Assembly (NCBI GenBank): GCA_963546395.1
Contig: CAUUMS010000008.1
Location: forward strand, 2,481-66,480
Direction of reading: 5' to 3'
DNA length: 64,000 nucleotides
Origin: an uncultured Bacteroidia bacterium
Lineage (GTDB): Bacteria; Bacteroidota; Bacteroidia; Bacteroidales; CAJPTX01
Below, piece by piece: positions 52,652 through 61,618 of the stretch (position 1 is the first letter of the stretch; every line of letters begins with the position of its first letter). A model generated the notes under the pieces. The model was not told the origin of the DNA. It ran no database searches and saw only the letters and a list, made by a program, of their open reading frames with translations. Both the position numbers and the translations under genes were made by a program.

Positions 52652-55435
52652 CTAGAGCTTGACGATGCCGTTCTTGAAGCAGTAGCGGACGAGCTCGACG
52701 AGGTTGGTGACCCCCAGCTTGAGGAAGATGTTGGCCTTGTGGGCCTCCACGGTGCGGGGGGAGATGTTGAGCTGTGCGCTGATGTTCTTGGTGGGCAGCC
52801 CCTCGCAGCACAGGGTGATGATCTCCATCTCGCGGTCGGTGAAGGCCACATCGCCCGCTGAGGGGGGACGACGCTTGGACTCGAAGATCAGCTGGTTGAG
52901 AATGGTGGCGATATCGCTGCCAAAGTACTGATCGCCATTGAGGATGGCGCGGATGGCCGTGACGAGCCCCGTGTTGACGATCTCCTTGGAGATGAACCCG
53001 TCAATGCCCGTCTGGACAAGCTGTAGAATGGTGTCCTCATTGGTCTCGGCCGAGAGGATGAGCACCTTCACCTGCGGGTAACGCTCCCGAAGTATCTTGA
53101 CGATTTCGCCCCCGTGCATGTCGGGGAGTATCACATCGAGCAAAAGCAGATCGGGCAGCTGCCGCTCGAGCAGAGCCCAGAGCTCACGGGCCGAGGCGGC
53201 CTCGCCGATGATGCGAAAGTCTTCGCCTGATAGCTCAATAGCGGTGCGCACCCCGAGCCGGAATAGCGCATGGTCATCGACCAGAATCAGGTTTGCCATA
53301 TATTGTGTCCTCCAACGGTTGGTTGAAACAACAGGAGCCCCCTGCGCAGGCACTTCGCCAGGGCGATCGTCTGCTGGGCGCATGATGAGCAACATAGTGG
53401 TGCCCTGCCCCTCGGCGGATTGCACCTCAATGCGGGCGGCATTCTTCTTGGCCATGTCGTAGCACATGACGAGCCCTAGGCCGGTGCCCTTCTCGCCACA
53501 GGTGCCCTGACGCACGATGTGCTCGCCCATACGCCCCAGCTTGGCCACCATGTCGGGGCTCATCCCCATGCCGTGATCGCGCACCCCGAATACCACCCCG
53601 TCGCCCTGAATGCGCACCCACACCTCAAGCTCGCTATCGAGGGGTGAGAACTTGATGGCATTCATCACCAGATTACGAATAATGGCGAAGAGCGTGTCTT
53701 TATTGCCCAGCACGGGTGCCTCGGGTGGCAGATCGTCCCGAATCTCAATCCGCTTGTTGCGTCGCTCCAGGGCGGTAATCTCGAGGGCCTGGTGCACGAA
53801 GGGGACAATGTCGAAGTTGGCCAGCGGCAGCGGCGACGTATCCAGCTGGAATCGGGCGAACTCGAGCAGGGTGTTCAGCAGGTTGACCAGGCTCTCGGCC
53901 CCCTTGCGCAGGGCGGAGATGTGGCTGGTGACCGACTCTTTGCTCAGGCGATCGAGGTGCTCATCGAGCTGCGTGAGGCTGAGCCGTATCGCGGAGGCGG
54001 CACCCCGGGTGTCATGCGAGAAGGAGGCAAAGAAGGAGTCTTTATTCCGATTGAGCGTGGCCAGATCCTCGTTAAGAGCCCTGAGCTGACTCGAGAGGGC
54101 GGCTAGCTCCTGATTGCGATGGGCGAGCTTACCATTGAGATCGGCAAGCTGCCGGCTACGTCGCCTATTGCGGCGGAGGGCGAGTATCAGCAGCACCACG
54201 ATAGTCAGCGCAAGCACAATGGATGCGATGAGGATGGTGCGGAATGTGGCTGCACGGCGTAGCTGTAGCTGTTGCACCTCGATGCGACTCTGCTTGAGCT
54301 CCGTCTCGTAGCGCACATGCAGCGCGTTCATCTGCTGCTGCACGGAGCGGTGCGTAATGGAATCGTTGAGCTCCAGGTGCTGCTCCAGATAGCCGACGGA
54401 TTGCAGGAGCGAGACGCTGCGCGTGGCCCTCGACAGGCAGAGCAACAGGGACGACTGGAGGAGGCGCATCCGCTGCCACTGGGCAATCTGGAGGGACTGC
54501 TGAAGGTAATCTGTGGCCTCGACAAACCGCCCCTGGGTGTAGCGGAGCATGCCCAGCTGCTTGAGGGCCTGGGCCTTCTCGGCAAACTGACGCTTCTCCT
54601 CGCTGAGAATGAGGGCCTCGAGGTAGGAGGCCTCGGCCCGGGTATACTGGTGCAGGCCTGTGTACGCATCGCCACGTATGATGTAGCCCTGGGCCAACAT
54701 GACGGGGTCGTCCATCTGATTGCAGATGGAGATGGCCTCGGCCACCGTCTCAAGGGCCATCTGCGAATGGCCCTCGCCCTGGTAGGCACGGGCCAGGTGG
54801 TTGAGACGATTCGCAAGGTCGTGCTCCCAGCCGGGGTGCTGCAACTTGCGCGTGCGCAACACGGCATCCTCAAGGTAGAGCTCGGCCGCAGCCATATTGC
54901 CCTGCGACAGGTAGAGCTTGCCTAGCTGCTCCTGCGCCGCAGCGATGAGCAATGAGTCGCGTTGGCTCATGGCAAGCGCATAGGCGCTGAGCATGGTGGG
55001 ATAGGCCTCCTCGAAGACCCCCATGTTCATCTGATTGCCCACCTGTAAGATCAGGCAATCGAACGCCAGTGGCACATCACGCCCTCCGCGGAAGACAGGA
55101 AGCGCCTTGGCGCACAGCTGGCCCGACTCCATGAAAAAACCCGCATCGAAGAGCCGCCTCGCCAGCGCGTAGCGCACGACAGCCAGGGCGTACGTGGTGT
55201 CGCTCTCGATACGCTCCGAGTCGTATTGCAGACTGGCCGAGGGATCTAGCCGGGCTAAGAATGACGATGCGGCCCAGGGCTTAAGGGCCAAAATGCGCTG
55301 CTCGGCAATCTGCAAGCGAACGAGCAGCGAGTCGCCCACATCTCCCTGCGCAGCACGGGAGGGCAACAGGCCACAGGTGGTGAGGCACGCCAGCACTGCA
55401 AAACGCAGGAGATGACGTGCTCGGAGCTGCGGCAT
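52652..55435 (-). CDS. hybrid TPR-sensor histidine kinase fused to a complete NarL/LuxR-type response regulator
   Basis: One uninterrupted frame carries a signal peptide, TPR repeats, a TM helix (FRTILIASIVLALTIVVLLILAL), a coiled coil, H-box FSHDTRGAAS, HATPase motifs (NLVMNAIKF, DHGMGM, GTGLGL), a receiver (ILVDDHALF...LLLLDVILPD...) and a LuxR HTH (FTDREMEIITLCCEGLPTKNISAQLNISPRTVEAHKANI). Start at ATG 55435, downstream of a -7 box. Confidence 0.85.
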   Translation of the reverse strand: MPQLRARHLLRFAVLACLTTCGLLPSRAAQGDVGDSLLVRLQIAEQRILALKPWAASSFLARLDPSASLQYDSERIESDTTYALAVVRYALARRLFDAGFFMESGQLCAKALPVFRGGRDVPLAFDCLILQVGNQMNMGVFEEAYPTMLSAYALAMSQRDSLLIAAAQEQLGKLYLSQGNMAAAELYLEDAVLRTRKLQHPGWEHDLANRLNHLARAYQGEGHSQMALETVAEAISICNQMDDPVMLAQGYIIRGDAYTGLHQYTRAEASYLEALILSEEKRQFAEKAQALKQLGMLRYTQGRFVEATDYLQQSLQIAQWQRMRLLQSSLLLCLSRATRSVSLLQSVGYLEQHLELNDSITHRSVQQQMNALHVRYETELKQSRIEVQQLQLRRAATFRTILIASIVLALTIVVLLILALRRNRRRSRQLADLNGKLAHRNQELAALSSQLRALNEDLATLNRNKDSFFASFSHDTRGAASAIRLSLTQLDEHLDRLSKESVTSHISALRKGAESLVNLLNTLLEFARFQLDTSPLPLANFDIVPFVHQALEITALERRNKRIEIRDDLPPEAPVLGNKDTLFAIIRNLVMNAIKFSPLDSELEVWVRIQGDGVVFGVRDHGMGMSPDMVAKLGRMGEHIVRQGTCGEKGTGLGLVMCYDMAKKNAARIEVQSAEGQGTTMLLIMRPADDRPGEVPAQGAPVVSTNRWRTQYMANLILVDDHALFRLGVRTAIELSGEDFRIIGEAASARELWALLERQLPDLLLLDVILPDMHGGEIVKILRERYPQVKVLILSAETNEDTILQLVQTGIDGFISKEIVNTGLVTAIRAILNGDQYFGSDIATILNQLIFESKRRPPSAGDVAFTDREMEIITLCCEGLPTKNISAQLNISPRTVEAHKANIFLKLGVTNLVELVRYCFKNGIVKL

Positions 55436-55465
55436 AAATCCTTTAGAGAAGAGAAAACACACAGG

Positions 55466-55473
55466 CAAAGGTA
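55466..55473 (-). promoter_or_regulatory. -7 promoter box TACCTTTG for the hybrid kinase gene
   Basis: Exact TAnnTTTG on the minus strand, about 30 nt upstream of ATG 55435 and inside the over-extended track ORF. Confidence 0.55.
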
Positions 55474-55671
55474 ACTCAACCGGCCGAATGGGACAAGACC
55501 ACAAATGCTGGCCCACGGCGCGACTCCCCCGACGACGGGAAGTGCTATGGCTACGCACCAAAGGCTCTCCCTAGCATCTGGCCGAGAAAGAGGGCGCCAG
55601 CACCACATGGCCCGCAAGGCACCCGTGCACAGGGTGCAGAGCGCACTAGCACCTCACCCTGCACGCATTCG

Positions 55672-55695
55672 CCCACATGGGCCTGCGCATGCGCA
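55672..55695 (-). repeat. partial third copy of the conserved box (copy C)
   Basis: CCCACATGGGCCTGCGCATGCGCA compared with copy A CCCAGCATGGGTCATGCGCATGCGC. It is preceded, in the minus-strand sense followed, by an unrelated imperfect hairpin at 55625-55664. Confidence 0.45.
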
Positions 55696-55727
55696 CGGTG
55701 GTTGGAATACTAACGCTTGTGATGGTG

Positions 55728-55767
55728 AAAAAGAGGCCCACAGCGCAAGATTTCGCTACTGGCCCTC
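55728..55767 (-). terminator. candidate intrinsic terminator of miaA (overlaps its stop codon)
   Basis: Minus strand reads GAGGGCC...GGCCTC followed by TTTTTC. The stem is weak and bulged. Confidence 0.4.
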
Positions 55768-56691
55768 CACGGCCTCGAGGTGCCGCAGCATGACATCGAC
55801 CAGGGAATCGGCATCCTGCTCGCCGTCCAGCCACTGAATGGCTAGCCCCCTACGTTCCATGCCACGCAGGTAGGTCATCTGCCGCTTGGCGAACTGCTGG
55901 ATGGCAATTGTGAGCTGCTCCACGAATTGCTCGTAGGTGAGGGTGCCTCGCAGGTACATGGTGACGAAACGATACTCGAGGCCGTAATACATCATCGTAT
56001 CCTGGCTCACCCCACCGCGCAGCAGGGTTTCCACCTCCTCGATGAGGCCTGAATGCAAGCGGGCCTCTAGACGTGATGCGATGCGCTGCCGGCGCACCTC
56101 TCGGGGCAGCTGGATGGCAAAGATGGCCGACACTGGCACTGGGGCTCTCGCATCAACAGGTCGGCCACCGCTGGAGGCAGCGATCTCTATGGCGCGTATA
56201 AGGCGGGCCCTCGAGACTGTGTCGGTGGTGTTATGCAACGGCCCGTAGGATTGCAACTGGGCCACCAGGGCTAGCGTGGGTAAACGCTCCAAACGCTGCC
56301 GCAGCGCAGGATCGGGTGGCACCTCGGCCAGCTGATAGTTGCGCAGGATGCCCTCGGCGTACAGCCCGCTGCCACCGCAGAGTATCGGGCGACGACCACG
56401 AGCCACCACCCCATCGTAGGCTTTGCCGAAGGCCTGGAGGTAATGGAATAGGTCGAATCGCTCCCCAGCCTCGCAGATGTCTACCAGGTGGAACGGGACG
56501 CTCACGGGGCCGACCTGGTACTCCGACAGATCTTTACCCGTGCCGATATCCATCCCACGATACACCTGACGGGAGTCGGCGCTGAGGATCTCACCCCCGA
56601 TGCGCAAGGCTAACCGCACGGCCAAGTGGGTCTTACCGCTTGCCGTGGGCCCCAGCACAGCCACCAGGCCGCAGGAGGGAGTGACGTTCAC
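55756..56691 (-). CDS. miaA: tRNA dimethylallyltransferase
   Basis: P-loop VLGPTASGKT and ...SADSRQVYRGMDIGTGK.... Confidence 0.9.
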   Translation of the reverse strand: MNVTPSCGLVAVLGPTASGKTHLAVRLALRIGGEILSADSRQVYRGMDIGTGKDLSEYQVGPVSVPFHLVDICEAGERFDLFHYLQAFGKAYDGVVARGRRPILCGGSGLYAEGILRNYQLAEVPPDPALRQRLERLPTLALVAQLQSYGPLHNTTDTVSRARLIRAIEIAASSGGRPVDARAPVPVSAIFAIQLPREVRRQRIASRLEARLHSGLIEEVETLLRGGVSQDTMMYYGLEYRFVTMYLRGTLTYEQFVEQLTIAIQQFAKRQMTYLRGMERRGLAIQWLDGEQDADSLVDVMLRHLEAVEGQ

Positions 56692-56706
56692 CAGATGTGA
56701 GAGGGG

Positions 56707-57306
56707 TTACTCGCTGATCTTGGCGATGATATGGGCCAGATTGGTGGTGATCATCTTCACGCTCACGGCCATAAGTATGATGCCGAAGAACTTGCGCATG
56801 ACGAATACACCTCCCTTGCCAAGCAATTTCTGCACGAAGTGCACGTAACGAAGCACCAGGAAAACCACCAGGACATTGAGTATCACCGCCGTGAGTATGG
56901 TGGCAAATGAGTAGTTCGCCTGCAAGGCCAGCATGGTCGTGATAGATCCCGGTCCAGCAATGAGCGGGAACACGAGAGGCACTAGCGTGACATTACCAGT
57001 GGGGGCTTCGTCCCGGAAGATCCGGATGTCAAAGATCATCTCTGCGGCCAATGCTAGCATCACCAGCGAGCCAGCCACGGCAAACGAGGGGAAATCTACA
57101 CCGAAGAACTGAAGGATGGCCTTACCCAGGAATAGGAATACCACGAAGAAGATGAGCGAGAACAGGGCCGCAAGACCGGCTTTGTAGTTCTGCCCCCGCT
57201 CCAGCATGGCCACGATGAGCGGCACGGAACCTGTGATGTCGATTACGGCAAACAGGATGACAAAGGCGCTAAGGCTGTCGTGAATGAACTGTAAAATCTC
57301 CGTCAT
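56707..57306 (-). CDS. MarC family (UPF0056) membrane protein
   Basis: Six TM helices with an N-terminal FVILFAVIDITGSVP motif. Start at MTEILQF (ATG 57306). Confidence 0.8.
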   Translation of the reverse strand: MTEILQFIHDSLSAFVILFAVIDITGSVPLIVAMLERGQNYKAGLAALFSLIFFVVFLFLGKAILQFFGVDFPSFAVAGSLVMLALAAEMIFDIRIFRDEAPTGNVTLVPLVFPLIAGPGSITTMLALQANYSFATILTAVILNVLVVFLVLRYVHFVQKLLGKGGVFVMRKFFGIILMAVSVKMITTNLAHIIAKISE

Positions 57307-57372
57307 GGGAAATTGATTTGAAGATGCAAAGTTGGAATAGGTAAAGAGTGGCCTACACGGCACTAGGCACCA

Positions 57373-58533
57373 CTAGCTGCCATCGGGACACCATACGCCC
57401 TTGGCCACGGCGATCAACGCTTGCAATGCAATGCGCAACGCCCCCTCGTCGGGGCAAAAATCGGCCGCATGCAGCGCACCTGCATCACCAACACCCAAGC
57501 GCAAGTAAGCTGATGGTAACGACTGGGCAAAGTAGGCAAAATCGTCTGTCGTCATGCGCTGCGGCACATCCACGCACGTCACCCCCTCCACAGCCTGCAC
57601 GCAGGCCCTGATGCACTGCATGTACTGGGGATCGTTGTACAGCACAGGGTACCCATCAGCAATGTCTACCTCTGCCTTGGCACCTAAAGATTCTGCCGAG
57701 GCACAAGCGATCCGCCGAATGAGCACCTTGGCCTGCGCTCGCCACTCCTCCGAATGCGTGCGCAACGTACCCTCTAGGCGCACCTCATCGGGAATCAGGT
57801 TGTGCGCACCATGGCAAATCACGTTGCCAAAGGATAGCAGGCTAGGCACAAAGGGTGAAACCGAGCGGGAGTGTATCGTTTGCAGGGCCAGCATCACGTG
57901 GGCCGATGCCACTACGGGATCTATGAGTTGATGCGGCAATGCAGCGTGCCCACCTCGTCCACACACCGTAATATTGACCTCATCGCCCGAGGACATGAAT
58001 GCGCCTTCATGGAAGCCAATCTGCCCCACAGGCAATGACGGGTCGCAATGGAACGCCAGCATATGCCGGGGACGCAGTGAGTCAAAATGCTCGCTGCTCA
58101 GGATAGCCTGTGCTCCTCCCGGGAGCTTCTCCTCGCTCGACTCGAATACGAGTAGCGGCATACTCGCAGCTCCTACGGCCGAGGCAAGAGCTGCCATCCC
58201 GCAGGCAATAGCCATGTGCATATCGTGCCCGCAGGCATGCATCACCCCGTCGCACTGACTGGCAAAGGGGAGCCCTGTGGCCTCGTGCACAGGCAATGCG
58301 TCCAGCTCGGCCCGTAGGCCCCACGCTGGTATGCCAGCCCCGGAGCAGTAGGCTAAAAAACTCGGGCTGCTAGCTGATACAGGGCATATCTCCCAGCCCA
58401 GCTCCTGCAACTGCTGCTGCAAGTAACGCGATGTGGCCCACTCCTGCCCCGATAGCTCAGGGTGTGCGTGCACGTGCCGTCTCACCTCCTGCGCAACGGA
58501 TAGGGCTCGGGATATGTGGGACTCATCTACCAA
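57373..58533 (-). CDS. M20D-family amidohydrolase (N-acyl-amino acid amidohydrolase-like)
   Basis: ...RRHVHAHPELSGQEW..., ...MHACGHDMH... and ...GGHAALPH... are metal-ligand motifs of the M20 peptidase/amidohydrolase family. Confidence 0.8.
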   Translation of the reverse strand: MVDESHISRALSVAQEVRRHVHAHPELSGQEWATSRYLQQQLQELGWEICPVSASSPSFLAYCSGAGIPAWGLRAELDALPVHEATGLPFASQCDGVMHACGHDMHMAIACGMAALASAVGAASMPLLVFESSEEKLPGGAQAILSSEHFDSLRPRHMLAFHCDPSLPVGQIGFHEGAFMSSGDEVNITVCGRGGHAALPHQLIDPVVASAHVMLALQTIHSRSVSPFVPSLLSFGNVICHGAHNLIPDEVRLEGTLRTHSEEWRAQAKVLIRRIACASAESLGAKAEVDIADGYPVLYNDPQYMQCIRACVQAVEGVTCVDVPQRMTTDDFAYFAQSLPSAYLRLGVGDAGALHAADFCPDEGALRIALQALIAVAKGVWCPDGS

Positions 58534-58545
58534 GGGGAGGGGATG

Positions 58546-59637
58546 CTATTGCACCGCTGCGCCGCGTATCGGCACCGTGATGATGGGTCCATACTGGTAC
58601 AGCGATAGCCGCCCGTTCAGCAACATCTCACCATCGAGCGTGATGGTGTAGTTCACCGGCATAGCCGGCCTGTAGTAAAATGACGTATGCAACGTCTTAC
58701 TGGGCACCGTGACATCCTGACGAGTCTCAGGCTCCACGTTGAAGATGACTGGCGTGGCATCGAGCTCAGAGGGCCCAACAATGCCATGCGTGGTGGAGAA
58801 TCGGCACGGGATAATAGCCTCTTGCCCTGGCTGCGGGAACAGATACACCTTCGCCTCCACCGTGTCGGTTTGCACACGCCCCACGAAAAGCTCTAGGTAA
58901 AGCTTCTCCAGGCGTGCCATCTCCTGTAGCATCACGGACAACGTCCCGGGTGAGTTCGCCAGATCCACCTCTCCGCTGATGAGCTCAAAGCGCTTCTTCC
59001 GGAGGTTGAATATCAGCTCGGCTGCCTGCCTGGCTTTCTCCTCCTTAGACATCTTCACCGTGACGCTACGCTGTACCGGCACGCGCACAAAGGCCGTGTC
59101 GCTCTGTAGCACCTGGTAGAATATATTGGCCTGCTGATCGATGAACGGCTGGGGCGACAGATCTACAAACGGCATCGATGGTGGCATCGTCACAGCACAG
59201 CGCATCTCCGGGCGATGTACCACCGGCATATTAACCGGCAGAATATGCCCTCCCTCAGCCAAACGTAGGAATGGCACCGATGCGGACTGCCCTCTGACCT
59301 CAAAGGCCAGCTTCGGATCCGCCTCCACCATCGTCGTCAGCCGCACGCCACGCATGTCGTAGCGCATCTCCGGCTCACGAGGAACATTAGTGATGCCGAG
59401 CAACGACTCTGCAAACTCGGCGTAAGGGCCAGGCATGATCTGCCGTGCTATCAGGGAGAATCGCAATTCCACCTGATGCCGAGGCAGGTAGTACAGTGCC
59501 CCCGACGGCTGTTTCTCCGGATCGACGGGCACCACTGACATCCAGCGGGCGCACCCAGACAGCAGCGTCAAAAGAGATACCAGCACCAGGATGACGCTAG
59601 TCTTACCCCCACGCACAGGAACTCGGAACTTCAGCAT
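58546..59637 (-). CDS. lipoprotein of unknown function (DUF4831-like)
   Basis: Lipobox in SVILVLVSLLTLLSGC and 363 aa with no catalytic motif recognised. The family assignment is from memory only. Confidence 0.45.
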   Translation of the reverse strand: MLKFRVPVRGGKTSVILVLVSLLTLLSGCARWMSVVPVDPEKQPSGALYYLPRHQVELRFSLIARQIMPGPYAEFAESLLGITNVPREPEMRYDMRGVRLTTMVEADPKLAFEVRGQSASVPFLRLAEGGHILPVNMPVVHRPEMRCAVTMPPSMPFVDLSPQPFIDQQANIFYQVLQSDTAFVRVPVQRSVTVKMSKEEKARQAAELIFNLRKKRFELISGEVDLANSPGTLSVMLQEMARLEKLYLELFVGRVQTDTVEAKVYLFPQPGQEAIIPCRFSTTHGIVGPSELDATPVIFNVEPETRQDVTVPSKTLHTSFYYRPAMPVNYTITLDGEMLLNGRLSLYQYGPIITVPIRGAAVQ

Positions 59638-59672
59638 ATCTCAGAATCTGCGGACAGATCCACCCCCACCTG

Positions 59673-60995
59673 CTACAGGAAGAGCAACGCCACGAGCGCA
59701 AAGACAGGTAGCAGTATGATGAGCGAGAATCGGTACATGTAACGGAAGAAGCTTGGCATACGGATGCCACTCTCCTCGGCAATAGCCTTAATCATAAAGT
59801 TCGGCCCATTCCCGATGTAGGTCATAGAGCCAAACATTACAGCCCCCATAGACACTGCGGTGAGCAGCAGCTCAGGCACCCCAGCCACAATGTTACCCAC
59901 ATCAACACCGGGCGTGACTACACCACCAGCTACGGCATGGAAAGCTAGTGCCGTAGGCGCATTGTCCAGGAAGCCCGAGAGGGCACCCGTGGCAAAGAAG
60001 AAATGGCGTGCCGAGGTGAGACCTAGCTCCCCGGCATGAGCTCCCAAAAACTGAAGGGCTGGCACCATGGTGATAAAGATGCCGATGAACAGGAAGGCCA
60101 CCTCCAGGATGGGATTCCACGTGAAGTGGTTCGCCTCACGTGTGCTCTTGCGTGTGGTGAGCAGCGACAGCACGATCATCAGCACGATAACCGCCTCACG
60201 GGCAAATGCGAATGGATTTACACCATGCTCCGGAGCCTTGAGAGCCTCGAAATACTGGCCGTTAACAAAAGCCACGGCGCACACGATACCTACCAGCCAA
60301 AGGAAGTTGATCCCCCCCTCGATACGTAGCGGCTTCCGCTCCGCATCATCACGCTTAAACACACTAGGCTCCTCGCGGCGATAGAGGATCGAATCCATGA
60401 CGTAGTAGATGGCGAGCAGCACGGCGTTCACAAAGAGCCACTCTTTCCACATGTGGGCAAACCACTCAAACGGAGCCCCCTTCAGGTAGAGGAGGAACAG
60501 CGGCGGGTCGCCCAGGGGTGTCAAAAGGCCCCCAGCATTAGCCACGATGGCGATGAAGAACAGGATGGTGTGCACCTTGAGTCGCCGTTGCGCATTGGTC
60601 GCTATCACGGGGCGTATTAGCAACATGGCAGCCCCCGTGGTGCCCATCAGGCTAGCCAGCACGGCCCCTATGGCCAGGAATACGCTATTCACCGCTGGCG
60701 TGGCGCGCAAGTCACCGCTCAGGTGTATCCCTCCCGTCACGGCGAAAAGGCCCCCCAGCAGGATGATGAACGGCACATAATCGAACACCATCTGGTGCAT
60801 CAACTCGTGCCCAAATCCCTGTGCAATCAGCAGAATAGCCGTGGGAATCCCCAGCACTAGGGCCACGATGAGCTTATTCCGATTGCGTTCCCACCAGTGC
60901 TCTGCCACCAGCGGCCCCACAGCAATAGCCAACAACATAAGCACAAACGGAATGAGCATCCACCCGCTCACGCCGCCAGACGCTGCCTCATGCAT
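59673..60995 (-). CDS. ArsB/NhaD-superfamily ion transporter (sodium:proton antiporter-like)
   Basis: 440 aa, about 11-12 TM helices with a duplicated half-architecture. Typical Bacteroidota sodium:proton antiporter annotation class. Confidence 0.65.
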   Translation of the reverse strand: MHEAASGGVSGWMLIPFVLMLLAIAVGPLVAEHWWERNRNKLIVALVLGIPTAILLIAQGFGHELMHQMVFDYVPFIILLGGLFAVTGGIHLSGDLRATPAVNSVFLAIGAVLASLMGTTGAAMLLIRPVIATNAQRRLKVHTILFFIAIVANAGGLLTPLGDPPLFLLYLKGAPFEWFAHMWKEWLFVNAVLLAIYYVMDSILYRREEPSVFKRDDAERKPLRIEGGINFLWLVGIVCAVAFVNGQYFEALKAPEHGVNPFAFAREAVIVLMIVLSLLTTRKSTREANHFTWNPILEVAFLFIGIFITMVPALQFLGAHAGELGLTSARHFFFATGALSGFLDNAPTALAFHAVAGGVVTPGVDVGNIVAGVPELLLTAVSMGAVMFGSMTYIGNGPNFMIKAIAEESGIRMPSFFRYMYRFSLIILLPVFALVALLFL

Positions 60996-61063
60996 ACGTG
61001 TACAATTTTACCCTAGCCTGAATATTACGGTCGGTATCAACAATTCACTCCCCACAGCGGCCT

Positions 61064-61480
61064 CTACTCCTCAGCCGACGCAGGCTCCTCGCTCTCCTTG
61101 AACTCCGTGACCCCATTCTCCACCAGCTCCCTGAACCAGCGAAACGCCTTCTGCATATCCACCACGCGCACCCGCTCCCGGGCGTAGCTGGGCAGTACGG
61201 TAGCAAAGAGTGACTTCACGCCCTCCTCATCGCGCTTCACGTCCAGGGCCTTGATGGCCTCCTGATGAGGTAGCATGGCGGTAAACACATCAGCCAACGG
61301 GACATCATCCCCATCAGTGTACATTGCCACATCGCTCAGCGCGCTCACGTTCGCCGACACGGGCACGGGCATGCGCCGGTGCGTCTGCAACGATTCCACG
61401 ACGATCCCATTCCGCGCCTTGGCCACATAGCGGTACAAGCCCGGCTTGCCGCTGATGGCGAGTATGTCTTTAAGAGCCAT
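61064..61480 (-). CDS. DUF5606-like protein
   Basis: The N-terminus MALKDILAISGKPGLYRYVAKARNGIVVESL matches my memory of the Bacteroidota DUF5606 family. Confidence 0.5.
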   Translation of the reverse strand: MALKDILAISGKPGLYRYVAKARNGIVVESLQTHRRMPVPVSANVSALSDVAMYTDGDDVPLADVFTAMLPHQEAIKALDVKRDEEGVKSLFATVLPSYARERVRVVDMQKAFRWFRELVENGVTEFKESEEPASAEE

Positions 61481-61556
61481 AAAGCTTCCCTAATTGTCCG
61501 ATTGCCTAAACAAACAGCCCCCATGCGCCGGGCGATAACCCGGGCTGCACGGGCCG

Positions 61557-61564
61557 CAAAGTTA
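61557..61564 (-). promoter_or_regulatory. -7 promoter box TAACTTTG for the DUF5606-like gene
   Basis: Exact TAnnTTTG on the minus strand, about 75 nt upstream of ATG 61480. Confidence 0.5.
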
Positions 61565-61618
61565 CGACATTATTACCACCTCGCCGCGGGCTGACCAACG
61601 CCCTCCGTCGCGCAAGCC

